A stretch of DNA of 64,000 nucleotides, taken from contig CAWIIV010000008.1 in assembly GCA_963836205.1 (NCBI GenBank), forward strand, positions 96,001-160,000, in the 5' to 3' direction. The notes under the pieces are model-generated. The model did not search any database, was not told the DNA's origin, and saw only the letters and a list, made by a program, of their open reading frames with translations. This document shows positions 36,769 to 48,309 of the stretch, one piece after another. This DNA comes from an uncultured Acidimicrobiia bacterium. Lineage in GTDB: Bacteria; Actinomycetota; Acidimicrobiia; Acidimicrobiales; AC-14. The first letter of the stretch is position 1. Every line of letters begins with the position of its first letter. Position numbers and translations under genes: made by a program.

Positions 36769-38078
36769 GCACGATGGAGCCATCGGTCGTGGAGGAAATG
36801 CGGCTCACTCGATTCAAGAGCTTCCGCGACGCGGTCCTGCCGCTCGACCCGTTGACCCTGATCGTGGGCCGCAACGGCAGCGGGAAGTCCAATGCCCTCG
36901 ACGGACTGTGGGCGCTCTCCCGGCTGGCGACCGGCGACGACCTGCGCGACGCCCTCGACGGGGGCCGCGACGGTCCCGCGGTGCGGGGCGGGGCCGCTGG
37001 CTGCGCCCCCTTTGGTGAATCGGCGTTCCAACTCGGTTGCACGGTGCGCACGGGCACAAAACGGGTGCGGCTCGACGTGGGCGTCCGGGTAGAGCCGACG
37101 GTCCAGGTCGTCTACGAGCGCCTGGCCGACGACGACCGATTCCTTCTCCTGACCGACGACCCGTCCGAGGACTCCGCCGACATCCGGGCGACGTGGGATA
37201 ACGGCACGAAGGGCCGCAATCCCAAGCTCTCATTCCGGGCCGGACGGCTCCTCACCACTCAGGCGCTCGCCAAGGTGCCAGCCACGGCGGCCGGCCAGCG
37301 CGTCCACATAGCGGCGGCGCAGGTGCTCACCGCCCTCCGTTCGGTGTTCGTCCTCGACCCGGTGCCCCACGAGATGCGCCAGTACGTACCCCGGCGCGAC
37401 CACCAGCTCCGGCGGACCGCCGACAACGTTTCGGCGGCAGTGGCATCCCTCCTGGAGGACCCGACCACCGCCGAACGTCTGAGCGACGCGTTGAGCCGGC
37501 TCAACGAGCAGGACGTGGTCGACGTCACCACCAGCCGATCCGACCTCGACGACGTGATGCTCACCCTGATGGAGCGCTTCGACGGCTCGAACTATCCGGT
37601 GCCGGCCCGGGTGATGAGCGACGGCACGCTGCGGTTCCTGGCCGTCCTGGTGGCGCTGCTTCAGTCGCCCACCATCGACACCGCGCCTGAGCCGCTGGCG
37701 TCGGAGGACGCCCTCGGGCAGACAACGCTGGTGATCGAGGAGCTGGAGAACGGCCTCCACGCGTCGCAGGCCCAGCTTCTCGTCGGGCTCGTGCGCGACG
37801 AGGTGCACCGGCGGCGGGTACGAGCGTTGGCGACCGCGCACAGCCCGGCCCTGCTCGACGCACTTACCGGCGACGAGCACGCCAGCGTGGTGGTCTGCGA
37901 GCGGGACGGGTCGGGGCGCAGCACGCTACGGCGGCTGGTCGACCTGCCCAACTACATCGACATCGTGGCCGCCGGCACCCTCGGCCGGGCCGCCGAGGCT
38001 GATCGCCTGCGCTCGGCGCCGGTGCCGACCCGGTCGCCGTCTGACGTGCTCGCCGAGATCCTCGCCGGCCCCTCGTGA
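36765..38078 (+). CDS. ABC/AAA_21-type ATPase
   Basis: FKSF, GRNGSGKSN, MSDGTLR, IEELENGLH, TAHSP. Confidence 0.9.
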   Translation: MSTMEPSVVEEMRLTRFKSFRDAVLPLDPLTLIVGRNGSGKSNALDGLWALSRLATGDDLRDALDGGRDGPAVRGGAAGCAPFGESAFQLGCTVRTGTKRVRLDVGVRVEPTVQVVYERLADDDRFLLLTDDPSEDSADIRATWDNGTKGRNPKLSFRAGRLLTTQALAKVPATAAGQRVHIAAAQVLTALRSVFVLDPVPHEMRQYVPRRDHQLRRTADNVSAAVASLLEDPTTAERLSDALSRLNEQDVVDVTTSRSDLDDVMLTLMERFDGSNYPVPARVMSDGTLRFLAVLVALLQSPTIDTAPEPLASEDALGQTTLVIEELENGLHASQAQLLVGLVRDEVHRRRVRALATAHSPALLDALTGDEHASVVVCERDGSGRSTLRRLVDLPNYIDIVAAGTLGRAAEADRLRSAPVPTRSPSDVLAEILAGPS

Positions 38079-38557
38079 CCGCCACCGTCACCCTGATCGA
38101 CACCTCCGTGCTCTGCGAGATGCTTCAGGTACCCGGCAAGTCCAACCCGGAGCGCGGCGCCGAGGCGAGCGCTGAGCTCGATCTCCGATCGCGGGCCGGC
38201 GAGCGGTTCGTCATCCCCATCACCGCGGTGATCGAGACCGGCAACCACATCGCCCAGGCCGTCGGAGACAGGCACGACGCCGCCGGTCGCTTCGTCCGAT
38301 TCCTGCGACAGACGATGGCCCAGCCGGGAACGTGGCTGATCCTGCAGACGCGTCTCGGGACGGACTTCCTCAATGCGCTGTGCGATGGGGACTCCACCGG
38401 CCAGACCCTCGAGAACCTGGCCGCCCTCAAGGTCGGTGCCGGCGACATCGCCATCCTCGTGGAGCGCGACCAGTTGCTGTCCAACTCTGCCATCCGCGAC
38501 GTGCAGGTCTGGACGTACGACCACGGCCTCGCTGCTCAGGCTGCGAGCCGGCGATGA
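38075..38557 (+). CDS. PIN-like domain protein
   Basis: LIDTSVL, VIETGNH, GDIAI, WTYD..L acidic PIN pattern; GTGA overlap with the ATPase. Confidence 0.7.
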   Translation: MTATVTLIDTSVLCEMLQVPGKSNPERGAEASAELDLRSRAGERFVIPITAVIETGNHIAQAVGDRHDAAGRFVRFLRQTMAQPGTWLILQTRLGTDFLNALCDGDSTGQTLENLAALKVGAGDIAILVERDQLLSNSAIRDVQVWTYDHGLAAQAASRR

Positions 38558-39228
38558 CCGTCCCGCCGCCCTACCCCCGCATCCCCCATCTAGTCGGCGG
38601 CCGGGGCACGAAGGACGACCTCGTCCTGACGCCCGAGCTGCTGGCGTCCCTCCTGCATCAGCCGGTGCTGGTGGAGGAGAAGATCGACGGGGCCAACGTG
38701 GTGCTGTGGATTGAGGACGACACGATCGAGGTCGCCCTGCGGGCCGGCCCGGGAGCTATGGACCGGGCCGGCCAGCTCGGTCCACTACGGGCCTGGGCCG
38801 CCTCGTCCGACGACATGCTCCGTCAGGTGCTGGTCGACGGCACCGCCCTGTACGCCGAGTGGGTGCTGCTCACCCACTCGTCGTCGTATGACCGGTTGCC
38901 GTCGTACCTCGTCGCCCTCGACCTTTGGCATCCCGTGTCGGGGTTCCTGACCGTCCGGGAACGTGACTCCGCCTGCGCCTTGGCCGGCCTGATCACGCCG
39001 CCGCCGGTCTGGACCGGCGTCCCCGGGTCCATCGCCTCCGTCGAGAAGCTGCTCGGACCGTCGGCCTGGGGACCGGCCGCCGCCGAGGGCCTCGTGATCC
39101 GTAGCCTGGCCGACCCCGGACTGCGGGCGAAACTCGTTCCCGCCGGGTTTCGCCGGCTTGACGACGAGGAGTGGCGTCGGGGCCGTCCCCGCAACCGCCT
39201 CCTCGCTGAGGGAGCCTCGTGGCGCTGA
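38554..39228 (+). CDS. RNA ligase family nucleotidyltransferase
   Basis: YPRIPHL, EEKIDGAN (motif I KxDG), LYAEW, ALDLW, EGLVIR, RAKLV. Confidence 0.85.
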   Translation: MTVPPPYPRIPHLVGGRGTKDDLVLTPELLASLLHQPVLVEEKIDGANVVLWIEDDTIEVALRAGPGAMDRAGQLGPLRAWAASSDDMLRQVLVDGTALYAEWVLLTHSSSYDRLPSYLVALDLWHPVSGFLTVRERDSACALAGLITPPPVWTGVPGSIASVEKLLGPSAWGPAAAEGLVIRSLADPGLRAKLVPAGFRRLDDEEWRRGRPRNRLLAEGASWR

Positions 39229-42200
39229 GCAACCGTGACCGGGTGGGCCGAGCCTTCGAATCACTCGCCGGCGGGCTGGCTCCGTACGTCGACCGGCGAA
39301 TGCACGCCATCGGTCTCCCGCAGTGGGCGGCCGACGCCGGGGGGTCGGGGCGCATCGCCCAACCGACCCGCGACCCGGCCTTCCTGCTCAAGGTCATGGT
39401 TGAGCACTGGGACCGCGCCTTCGCTGTCGAGCTTGGCAAGTCGGAGCGCAATGTGGTGTTCGAGCTGCGCGATTGGCGCAACCGCTGGGCCCACAACGAC
39501 GCGTTCACGGTCGGCGACGCCTACCGCACGCTCGACTCGATCGAGCGTCTGCTGGCAGCAGCCGATGCACGAGAGGCGGCCGAGGTGGGCGCGGCCAAGA
39601 GCGAGCTCATGCGCCTGAAGTTCGAGGCCGAGGCCCGAAAGGCCACCCCCTCCGCCGATGCCCTCCTCACCCAGCCGGCAGCGGGGCTCAAGCCCTGGCG
39701 CGATGTCATCCAGCCTCACGACGACGTGGCCCGGGGTCGCTTCGCCCTGGCCGAGTTCGCCGCCGACCTCCACCAGGTCTGGCGGGGCGAGGGGGCCGGC
39801 GGAGTACGCCGACCCCGTCGAGTTCTTCCGGCGCACGTTCCTCACCGGGGGGCTGCGCCAGCTCCTGACCCAGGCCGTCGAGCGCCTCAACGGTCAGGGC
39901 GGGTCGCCGGTGGTCGACCTCCAGACCAGCTTCGGTGGCGGCAAGACCCACTCCATGATCGCCCTCTACCACCTGTGCTCCGGGACGCCTCTCGACCGGA
40001 TGCCCCAGGAGGTGCAGGACCTGGTCTCGGCGGCCAGCCCGTCGGGGCTTCCCGAAGTGCGCCGGGCGGTGCTGGTGGGGCACCGGATCCCGCCGGGACA
40101 GCCTTCGGTGAAGGACGACGGGACGGTGGTGCAGACGCTGTGGGGCGAGCTGGCATGGCAGCTCGGGGGCGCCGCCTCCTTCGCCCTGGTGGCCGACGCC
40201 GACCGCACTCGCACCAACCCCGGCGACGCCCTCCGGCTGGTGCTCCGGCAGGCCGGGCCCTGCCTCATCCTCATCGACGAATGGGTCGCCTACGCCCGCG
40301 TGCTTTACGGCGACGACACCTTGCCGGCGGGCACCTTCGACACCCACTTCACATTCGCCCAGATGCTCACCGAGGCGGCCCGTGGCGCCGACCGTGCGCT
40401 ACTCGTCGTGTCGATCCCGGCCTCCTCGTCGGGGGATGCGCTAGTGGGCTCGGACCTCGAGGTCGGCGGCGCCGGCGGGCGGGAGGCGCTCCGCCGCCTG
40501 CGGTCGGTAATCGGGCGGGTGGAGTCATCGTGGCGGCCGGCGACGGCGGAGGAGAGCTTCGAGATCGTGCGGCGCCGGCTCTTCCAACCGGTCGACGCGG
40601 CCCATCTGGCCGACCGGGACGCAACGGCGCGGGTGCTCGTCGACCTGTACCGCACCCAGGCCAGCGAGTTCCCGGTGGAATGCCGCGACAAGGCCTACGT
40701 CGACAAGATCAAGGCTGCCTATCCCATCCACCCCGAGCTGTTTGCCCGCCTCTACGAGGACTGGTCGACGCTGGACCGGTTCCAGCGCACCCGGGGCGTG
40801 CTGCGCCTGATGGCCACCGTCATCCACGCCCTGTGGGCCGGACAGGACCAGTCACCGATCATCCTGCCCGCGAGCGTCCCCCTCTCGGACCCGGCGGTCG
40901 TCGCCGAACTGACCCGCAACCTGGAGGACAACTGGAAGCCGATCATCGACGCGGACGTGGACGGCCCCGCCTCGCTGCCCCGGGCGCTCGACGACCAGTA
41001 CAAGAACCTGGGCCGCTACGGCGCCGCCCGCCGGGTAGCGCGATGCGTCTTCCTGGGCTCGGCGCCGCGGGCCGGCTCACCCAATCAGGGCCTCGACGCG
41101 GCCCGGGTGCGGCTCGGTTCGGTGATGCCGGGCGAGACCGTCGCCATCTACGGCGACGCGCTCAGCCGGCTGGCGGACCGGGCGACGTACTTCTCCGTGG
41201 GCAGCGGCCGATACTGGTACGGCACCCAACCGGGCGTCACCCGCCTGGCCCGGGACCGGGCCGAGCGGCTGCTCGCAGGCGCCCGGCACGAGGTTCAGGA
41301 GTCGATTGAGGCCCGGCTGCGGGGCTTGGACTTCCGCCGAACCGAGTTCGCAGGTGTGCATGCCGCTCCGTCGGGGCCGGCCGACGTCGCCGACGAGCCG
41401 TCGGCCCGCTTGGTGATCCTCGGCCCCGCTACTCCGCACCGGGCGCGGTCCGTCGACACCGCCGCCCTGCAGCTGGCCCACCAGATCCTCGACCAGCGGG
41501 GCGCGGGCCCGCGCGACTTCCGCAACATGCTCGTCTTCCTCCTTACGGCCGACGAGCGGGCGGTAGCCGGCCTCGAGCAGGCCGAAGCCGAGAACCTGGC
41601 CTGGGCGACGGTCGTCGCCGAGTCCGACGCCCTGGGCCTCTCCCGCCAGCAGGAGGACCAGGCCAAGGACCGCTCCCGGGAGGCTCTAGGTCCACCGTCG
41701 AGCTCCGCCTGGTCGACGCCTACCAGTGGCTCCTGGTGCCCCGGCAGCCAGAGCCGACCCAGCCTCCAGTGTGGGACGAGGTGAAGGTTGACGGGACGGG
41801 TTCGCTCGCCGAGCGCGCCGGCCGCAAGCTGGTGCAGACGGGCGGGCTCTACGCGTCGTACCCGCCGGTGCCGCTGCGCCTCAACCTCGACGGGCCCCTG
41901 GCATCGCTTTGGTAGGACGGGGCGGTGTCGGTGAACCAGTTGTGGGACGCCTACGCCCGCTACCTCTACCTGCACCGCCTACGCGACGTCGGCGTGCTGC
42001 TCGAGTGCGTCGCCAACGGGCCGGCGTCGACGGTCTGGGCCAGTGAGGGGTTCGCAGTGGCCGAAGCCACCGATCCCAGCCAGCCTGGTCGGTATGCCGG
42101 GCTCGTGGCCGGCGCCATGGCTCCGCCGGCCCGAGGGACCACGCTCCTCGTGGAACCGACGACCGCGGGGCTGCAGCTGGAGAGCGAACGGGAGCCCGCC

Positions 42201-42632
42201 GGCGTCGGCGCCGGCTCTGGGTTGGATGTGGCCGAGCGACCGCCCGGGTCGAAGCCGATGCCACCGACGATGCGGCGTTTCTACGGTGTTGTGCCAGTTG
42301 ACCCTGACCGGTTGGGCCGAGACGCGGGCAGGATCGCCCAGGAGGTGGTCGCCCATCTCCAGGGCCTGGTGGGCACCGAGACCGAGGTGACGATCGAGAT
42401 CAGGGCGTCAAGCGCCGATGGCTTTCCGGACGCTGTCGTGAAGGTCGTGAGCGAGAACGCAGCCGCGCTGCGCTTCACTGACCACGGCTTCGAAATGCTG
42501 CCAACGTTCGCCCGTCCGCATTTCAGCGTTCTGATGTCCGGTCTCGACACCGCGCCAGAGCTCTTCGACGCACTGGGCGAGCTGCGGATCAACCCCTACG
42601 CTGGTGGTCAGGAGCCTGGAGGACGCGAATGA
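39219..42632 (+). pseudogene. Swt1-like HEPN + DUF499 AAA ATPase, interrupted (frameshifts near 39795 and 41690, in-frame TAG near 41913)
   Basis: MALSNRDRV, RNRWAH (HEPN RxxxxH), KPWRDV..PH.DV, EFAADL, LQTSFGGGKTH, ILIDE, YPIHPE, FQRTRGVLR, RRFYG...SENA..L.F...GFE. Confidence 0.8.
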
Positions 42633-42883
42633 TCACGATCGACATCCCCGCCGACCTCAATGCCGAGGATGAGACGGGGTTCGTCTGGACCTTCCTCGAC
42701 GAGGCCGCGGAGCCGGACGCCATCAGACCGGGTGCGATCGTGGTTGCCGGCTCGGAGCTGACCCCCGCCGTCTGCGAGGTTGTCGATCTGGTGGAGAAGG
42801 CCGTAGGCATCGTCGTCCACCTCCGTGTGCTGCCTGGCTCCATCGGCCAGCACCGGCGCCTGCTCGGGCGTATCGGGGTCTGA
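42629..42883 (+). CDS. Hypothetical protein
   Basis: SD GGAGG; MITIDIPADLNAEDETGFVWTFLDEA; ATGA overlap. Confidence 0.65.
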   Translation: MITIDIPADLNAEDETGFVWTFLDEAAEPDAIRPGAIVVAGSELTPAVCEVVDLVEKAVGIVVHLRVLPGSIGQHRRLLGRIGV

Positions 42884-43071
42884 CCGGACGGGGCTCGTTG
42901 TCCCTCGGAGGTCCAGGATTCGCCCGCTCCGGCAGCAACGAACTCAGCTCGACCGCTCGACCCCCTGCCACGGACCAACCAGCCCACGTCCGCCGAACCC
43001 CGCTCCATGTCCTGATCGCTCGGCTTGTACCGATTTTCACAACTGGTCTCCGACATTTCGCTCCCAAACTG

Positions 43072-44508
43072 GGCTCTCCTGACCACGATGTGGATCAGGA
43101 CGCCTCTTTCCAGACCACCCGCTCGTGCGGCAGCTTGATGTCGATGGGCCCGGCAGCGAGCATGACGAGGGCCAGGGCCGCGTCGGCGGAATGGAACCCG
43201 TACGCCCTGCGGATGATGAGGCGGACCTTGGTGTTGAAGCCCTCCACCCGGCCGTTGGAGATCCCGTGCTCGACGGCGTTGAGGATCATCTCCCGACGCT
43301 GGCGCATGGTCTTGGCCACCTTGACGAACGGCGCCAGCCGCGATCTCTGGGCTCGGGCGCACCACCGGTCGAGAAGCTCGCCCGCCTCGTCGCGGGTGAG
43401 GTCGCCGGCCAGGATGGCCCGGAACTGCTCCTTCATCTCATAGGCCCGCCACATCCCGCCCCGGTTGCGTCGGATGCGCTTGAGCTGGGCGGCCTGGGTG
43501 GTGGTCAGGTCCTCGGGGTTCTTCAGCAGGGCCCACCGGGCTCCCTTGAAGTCCTTGGCCCAGCGGTCGTCGGGAAGCCGGCGCAGCTGGTTCCACAGGT
43601 CCCGGCGGACCTCGTCGAGAGCGTCGCCCACCAGGCACACGAGGTGGAACGGATCGGCGCACACGATGGCCTGGGGAGCGTGTCCCTCGGCCTTGACGCT
43701 CTTGAGGTAGGCCGGGCCCAGATCCATGGAAATGGCGCTGAGCTGGGACGATCGCTCCGGCCCGAGCTCGTCGAAGAAGGCGTCGAGGGTCTTGGCGTCC
43801 TTGCCTTTGGCTCCCCAGACGACCCTGCCCCGGTCGTGGTCGACCACCAGCGTCAGGTAGCGGTGGTGCTTGCGCCAGGAGATCTCGTCGACCCCGATGC
43901 GGAACAGGCCGTCGAGGCGATGGTCGTCGAGCTCGCTCGCCACCACCCGTTCGCAGGCCCGTCCCACCGTCCGCCACGACACCCGGCACAGACGAGCGAC
44001 CGCCGTGCGGTCCATCCTCGTCGCCAGCCACGCCAGCAGGTCGTCGAGGTCCCGGGTGAGGTTCGCCCCCGGCCGGGCGAAGGGGACGGCCTCCACCACC
44101 ACGCCGTGGTCGGGGCAACGAAGACGGCGCAGGCTGGCCCGGACCTCCAGCCGCCAGGTGCCCAGGTCGAGGTGGCGCCACCACGACGGCGCCGGCCGGG
44201 TGTCGTAGCGGAACCGGGTCTTGAACCCGCAATGGGGGCAGACCAGCCGCCGCCGGCGCAGGGCCACGGTGACGATCACGATCGTGGTCAGGAACTCCAC
44301 GGCGACGACGTTGACGTCGTCGAGCCGAAGGAGGCGCTTGAATGCGGTGGTGACGCGCACGGGTTGAGGACCTCCCGGTTCAGGGGTGTGAGAAGTCCGT
44401 GAACCTTGGCCCGGCCCGTGCGCGTCACGCGGATACCGGAAGACCTGCTCAGCCAGCCACTACACGCCTGCCGGCTCCGATCCCATCCACACTTGGGTCA
44501 GGAGAGCC
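43072..44508 (-). mobile_element. ISL3-family insertion sequence with 8-bp TSD CCAAACTG
   Basis: IRs GGCTCTCCTGACC...TGTGGAT at both ends; CCAAACTG at 43064-71 and 44509-16. Confidence 0.92.
43095..44360 (-). CDS. ISL3 transposase
   Basis: CPHCG zinc finger, IGVDEIS, SMDL, DPFH, SNGRVEGFN.K, AYGF. Confidence 0.93.
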   Translation of the reverse strand: MRVTTAFKRLLRLDDVNVVAVEFLTTIVIVTVALRRRRLVCPHCGFKTRFRYDTRPAPSWWRHLDLGTWRLEVRASLRRLRCPDHGVVVEAVPFARPGANLTRDLDDLLAWLATRMDRTAVARLCRVSWRTVGRACERVVASELDDHRLDGLFRIGVDEISWRKHHRYLTLVVDHDRGRVVWGAKGKDAKTLDAFFDELGPERSSQLSAISMDLGPAYLKSVKAEGHAPQAIVCADPFHLVCLVGDALDEVRRDLWNQLRRLPDDRWAKDFKGARWALLKNPEDLTTTQAAQLKRIRRNRGGMWRAYEMKEQFRAILAGDLTRDEAGELLDRWCARAQRSRLAPFVKVAKTMRQRREMILNAVEHGISNGRVEGFNTKVRLIIRRAYGFHSADAALALVMLAAGPIDIKLPHERVVWKEAS

Positions 44509-45024
44509 CCAAACTGCTCCCACGATCGGGCTACACTGGCCCTGACCAGGAGTTATGTGGGTCAGGCTCGGTTCTGCAAAGCCCTGTACAGCGGTTCGAT
44601 TCCGCTCGCCGCCTCGATGCAAAAGCGGCTGGTCAGAGCCGGTTTCCGGCCTGACTGGCAGTGCCCCTTCGCTGACCGCCAGATACCCCGATTCGTGTCC
44701 TGGGCGTGACCTTTTGCGCACTGCCGTGTGGCGGGGGCGTCCGGACGTAGTCGCTGTGCTGGTGTCAGCCCGCGACGACCCGAAGCAGACGTTGTCGTCG
44801 GCGCAGCGTGGGGGCTCGCGCTGCGTCCCCTCGCAGGCAACGCGCCTGCTCGCGCATCTCGAGCGCGACAGTCGCATGACGGGCGCGGGCGACATGGTTG
44901 GCAGGGCAGTCGCCGAGGAGCTCGCAGCCTCCCAGCGCCGGCGCGGCTGACAACCCCGTACCCGGTTCAGCTTGGCGTCGGCGCGTAGAAGGCCCTCCGC
45001 AGCGGGCTTGCCAGTCAAGTTCGC

Positions 45025-45384
45025 ATGCCGCCCGCCGACAACGACTCTGTGACCCTCGGCGTGACGGATCCGGCGCCAGTCTCCGCCCTGAGCACAGTCA
45101 TCTTCTGGACCGGGCTCGGCCTGGTCGGGTACTTCTTCTACCGGGGCATCTACCACGCGGTCTCGCCCAAACGGTGGGCCCCGCAGTGCGAGGAGTGCGG
45201 TCGCTTCGGCGTCCACCGGCGGAAATGCTCCCGGATCCCTTCGCCCTGCCCCGACTGCCACCAGGGTGCCGGTGACCACGGCCTCCTGTGCCCGTACGCG
45301 CCCCGGTGGGTGCGGGCGGCGGCGGTCGCCGCCTGGATCGGCCTCGTCGTCCTCAGGGCAGCGCTCCGCCACCTCCTCTTGTGA
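45025..45384 (+). CDS. Hypothetical membrane protein with Cys/His motifs
   Basis: Two TM segments flanking CEECG...H..C and CPDCH...H..C. Confidence 0.5.
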   Translation: MPPADNDSVTLGVTDPAPVSALSTVIFWTGLGLVGYFFYRGIYHAVSPKRWAPQCEECGRFGVHRRKCSRIPSPCPDCHQGAGDHGLLCPYAPRWVRAAAVAAWIGLVVLRAALRHLLL

Positions 45385-45438
45385 GCGGTGCTGCGGGGCC
45401 GCACGGCTACCAGCCGTCGAACCAGGGTGTTCAACACA

Positions 45439-45768
45439 TCAGCGTGATGCCATGCCGCCGGAACCAGTCCGCCCACGCCCGCCGCACCCGCGGTGGGAGC
45501 ACCAAGACATCCACTGGTCGGCCAGTACGTCAACGTCGATGAACCGCCGTACGTCATCCTCGGTGCCCTCCCGCAGAACAATCTCGTACACCCGATTCCG
45601 CTTGCGGATCGTCGAGGTCGTAGGTCCGTGGCGCCTCGCTGCTCCACTCCACCCAACGGGGAGTTGGACGAGGCCGCTCGCCTTCACGAGGCCGGGATCG
45701 CCAACGTCCTCCGGCACCGCGACCGGTCTCGAGTCAGGGCCGAGGAAACGAGACCGACCAGTCGTCAT
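45439..45768 (-). pseudogene. Degenerate small actinobacterial hypothetical gene (antitoxin-like)
   Basis: VQLP..WSG...RVYEIVLREGT.DD.R.FID motif; apparent frame disruptions. Confidence 0.4.
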
Positions 45769-45945
45769 GACGCGATCCTAGGAAGGGACTCCGCCCCCGG
45801 GCTGCCGCCTGGGTCGCAACGAATGCCCGGACGCGAGGCAGGGTGCGGTCCGTGTTACTGGGTATGCGCCCCCGCCAAGCACACTGCTCTCGGGCATACT
45901 TCTTCCACTAGCATCGCTCTCGACGATGTTTCTTCCGCAATAGCG

Positions 45946-47455
45946 GTGTCCCGCCCCGCCTCGACCCCATGGCCGACCGCTCCTGGGTCGGTGTTCTTCG
46001 GTGACGTTGCCAGCGCTGCCGCGTTGTCGCGCGCCGTCAAGGCAAACCGAATTCGTCGTCTGGCGCGGGGCATCTACACGGCCGATCTACGGGCCGATCC
46101 GGCACAGCTCGTCGCGCGCAACCGATGGGCGATCGTCGCCCGGCTCCTCCCGGACGCCTTGCTCGCCGACCGCTCCGCGGCCGAAGGCGCGGTTCCGAGT
46201 GTCGGCGTCCTCACCGTGGTGTCGAGCGAGCGCGCAGAAGACATCGAGCTGCCCGGCCTCACGGTTCGTCCTCGGGCGGGGCCGGGACCGCTGGTCGACG
46301 ATCTGCCGTGGGCGTCCGGGCTGCGTCTCACCTCCGATGCCCGGACGCTGGTCGACAACCTCGCCGTGTCTCGCGGCCGGGGGCGCATCGCCCGGACGCT
46401 GTCACGGTCCGAGCTTGAGGACTGGCTGGTCCGGGCAGCCCAGCGGCGGCCCGACGGGTGGTTCTCAACCCTGCGGGCGCGCGCGGTCGAAATCTGCGAC
46501 GAGCTTGGCGTCCCGGACCGTTGGCGACTCGTCGAGGACGTCATCGGTGCCGCAGCGGGTACCCGGGAGGCACACGCCGGTGCCGGCGGGCTGCTGGCGG
46601 CACGGGCCGCGGGACACGAGTTCGACCCGGACCGGGTGGCACGGTTCGACGAGCTGGCTGCGTTCGTGACGGCGATCCCGGTCGGGCTCGATGTCCCGAC
46701 GGCGCTCTCCCGCGCTCCCGCACGAACACACGACCTCGTTGCCGTTCTTCGAGGCCTACTTCTCGAACTTCATCGCAGGCACGGAGTTCTCCATCGACGA
46801 AGCCGAGACGATCATCGCGTCGCGTGCAATACCCGAGGAACGTCCAGAGGACGCCCACGACGTGCTCGGCACCTACGAAGCCGTCGCCGATCCTGAACTT
46901 CGAGGCGCGGTCCCGGGCACCGTCGACGAGCTGCTCGAGCTCCTTGAACGCCGCCATCGCCTGGTCATGACCGGTCGGCCCGACAAGCGACCGGGCCGTT
47001 TCAAGAAGAAGCCGAACCAGGCCGGCTCCTACGAGTTCGTGGCCCCGGGGCTGGTGGAGGGGACGCTGGTCGAGGGATTCCGTCGCCTGGCCGATCTACC
47101 CGTCGGGCTTCCGCGGGCGGTCTTCGCACTCTTCCTCATCTCCGAGGTCCACCCCTACGACGACGGCAACGGCCGGGTCGCCCGCGCCGCCATGTGCGCC
47201 GAACTTACTGCCGCGGGCCAGGCGCGACTCGTCGTGCCGATCGTGTTCCGCGACGAACACCAGACCGCCCTCCGTGCCGCCTCCCGCGAGGGACGATTCG
47301 ACCTGTACCTGCGCACCCTCGGCTTTGCCTGGCGGTGGACCGCCGCCATGCCGTGGCAGGACCGTCCCGCCGTCGATGGCTACCTCGCCGGGACCAACGC
47401 CCTCGTCGACTCCACTGACGCCGAACGATCCGGGGTACGCCTGGAACTGCCGTGA
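45946..47455 (+). CDS. Fic-family protein with long N-terminal domain (frameshift near 46710)
   Basis: IRRLARGIYT; FFEAYFSNFI.GTEF; Fic motif HPYDDGNGRVAR. Confidence 0.85.
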
Positions 47456-47778
47456 GCAACCGGGTCGATCCCACTGCGCAGGCCAGCGAGGCCTCGGACT
47501 GGTCCGAACAGTTCGTTGCCGGGCACGTCGGGGTTGGGTCTGAGGAGGTACTCGGGGTAGGGAGTGGTGAACTCGTCCCGGGACAGCACGCCGTCGCCGT
47601 TGGTGTCGAACAGAACATCACCGTGAATCTGCCTCGCTCGACGTCGCGGCGGGCACGCACCTCGGTCGGTGTGGCACGGGGTGGTCGAATAGTCCGGTGA
47701 CGGCAACCCCACGTATCAGGGTCGCCGCTCGGTGCTCACAAGAGTGAAGCGTTGGAGAGCCGGAGCGGAGGCAGGGAA

Positions 47779-48060
47779 ATGGACCACATCGAAGCGCTGT
47801 GTCGGGGGTTCCTCCAGAACGCCGCCGCCCGCCAGTGGGCCGTCTCCCGGGTCGCCCCCGAGGCGCCCACCGCCGACTACCTCGCCGGCTACGGCGACGG
47901 GTGGGAGGCGGGCCAGGTGGCCGGTCTGGCACTGGCCCTGAGCGTCATCGTGGGTGGGTCGCCCAACCTTCTCATCGACCACGCCCTCAGCGGCGCCGCC
48001 GTCGACACCGCCTTCCCGTTCGACCTCTTCGTCGAACCGGCGTACCCCGAGGCCGCGTGA
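47779..48060 (+). CDS. Hypothetical protein
   Basis: SD GGAGG; GC3-rich codon usage. Confidence 0.55.
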   Translation: MDHIEALCRGFLQNAAARQWAVSRVAPEAPTADYLAGYGDGWEAGQVAGLALALSVIVGGSPNLLIDHALSGAAVDTAFPFDLFVEPAYPEAA

Positions 48061-48245
48061 TGGCCCCCGACGACGAAGTCGTGCCCTGCCCCACCTGCTG
48101 GCTGCTGGCCGACCTCCTCCCGCCCTCGGAGGGCGACAGCCTGTACCGGTCGAGGTGTCCCCGCGGCCACGAGAACTCCCTGGCCCCGGTGGTCCTCGAC
48201 TACCTCGTCACGCTCCTCGGACCGGCCTTCCGCAAGTCCGCCTGA
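48060..48245 (+). CDS. Small zinc-ribbon-like protein (CPTC...CPRGH)
   Basis: TGATG coupling to the upstream ORF; CxxC and CxxxH. Confidence 0.55.
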   Translation: MAPDDEVVPCPTCWLLADLLPPSEGDSLYRSRCPRGHENSLAPVVLDYLVTLLGPAFRKSA

Positions 48246-48309
48246 GGCCAGCGCCGGTCGCCGGTCGCCGGATCACCGGGCCGGGGCTAACCCGGGCGTG
48301 GGCGACGGC

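Larger units (their letters stand above)
35394..44615 (+). mobile_element. ~9.2-kb genomic island integrated at tRNA-Cys
   Basis: 42-bp direct repeat CTGCAAAGCCCTG...GCCGCCTC at 35394-35435 and 44574-44615; integrase adjacent to the tRNA. Confidence 0.92.

Noticed and set aside
44574-44615. Second tRNA-Cys
   Set aside because: Only the 3' half is present; it is the attR duplication.
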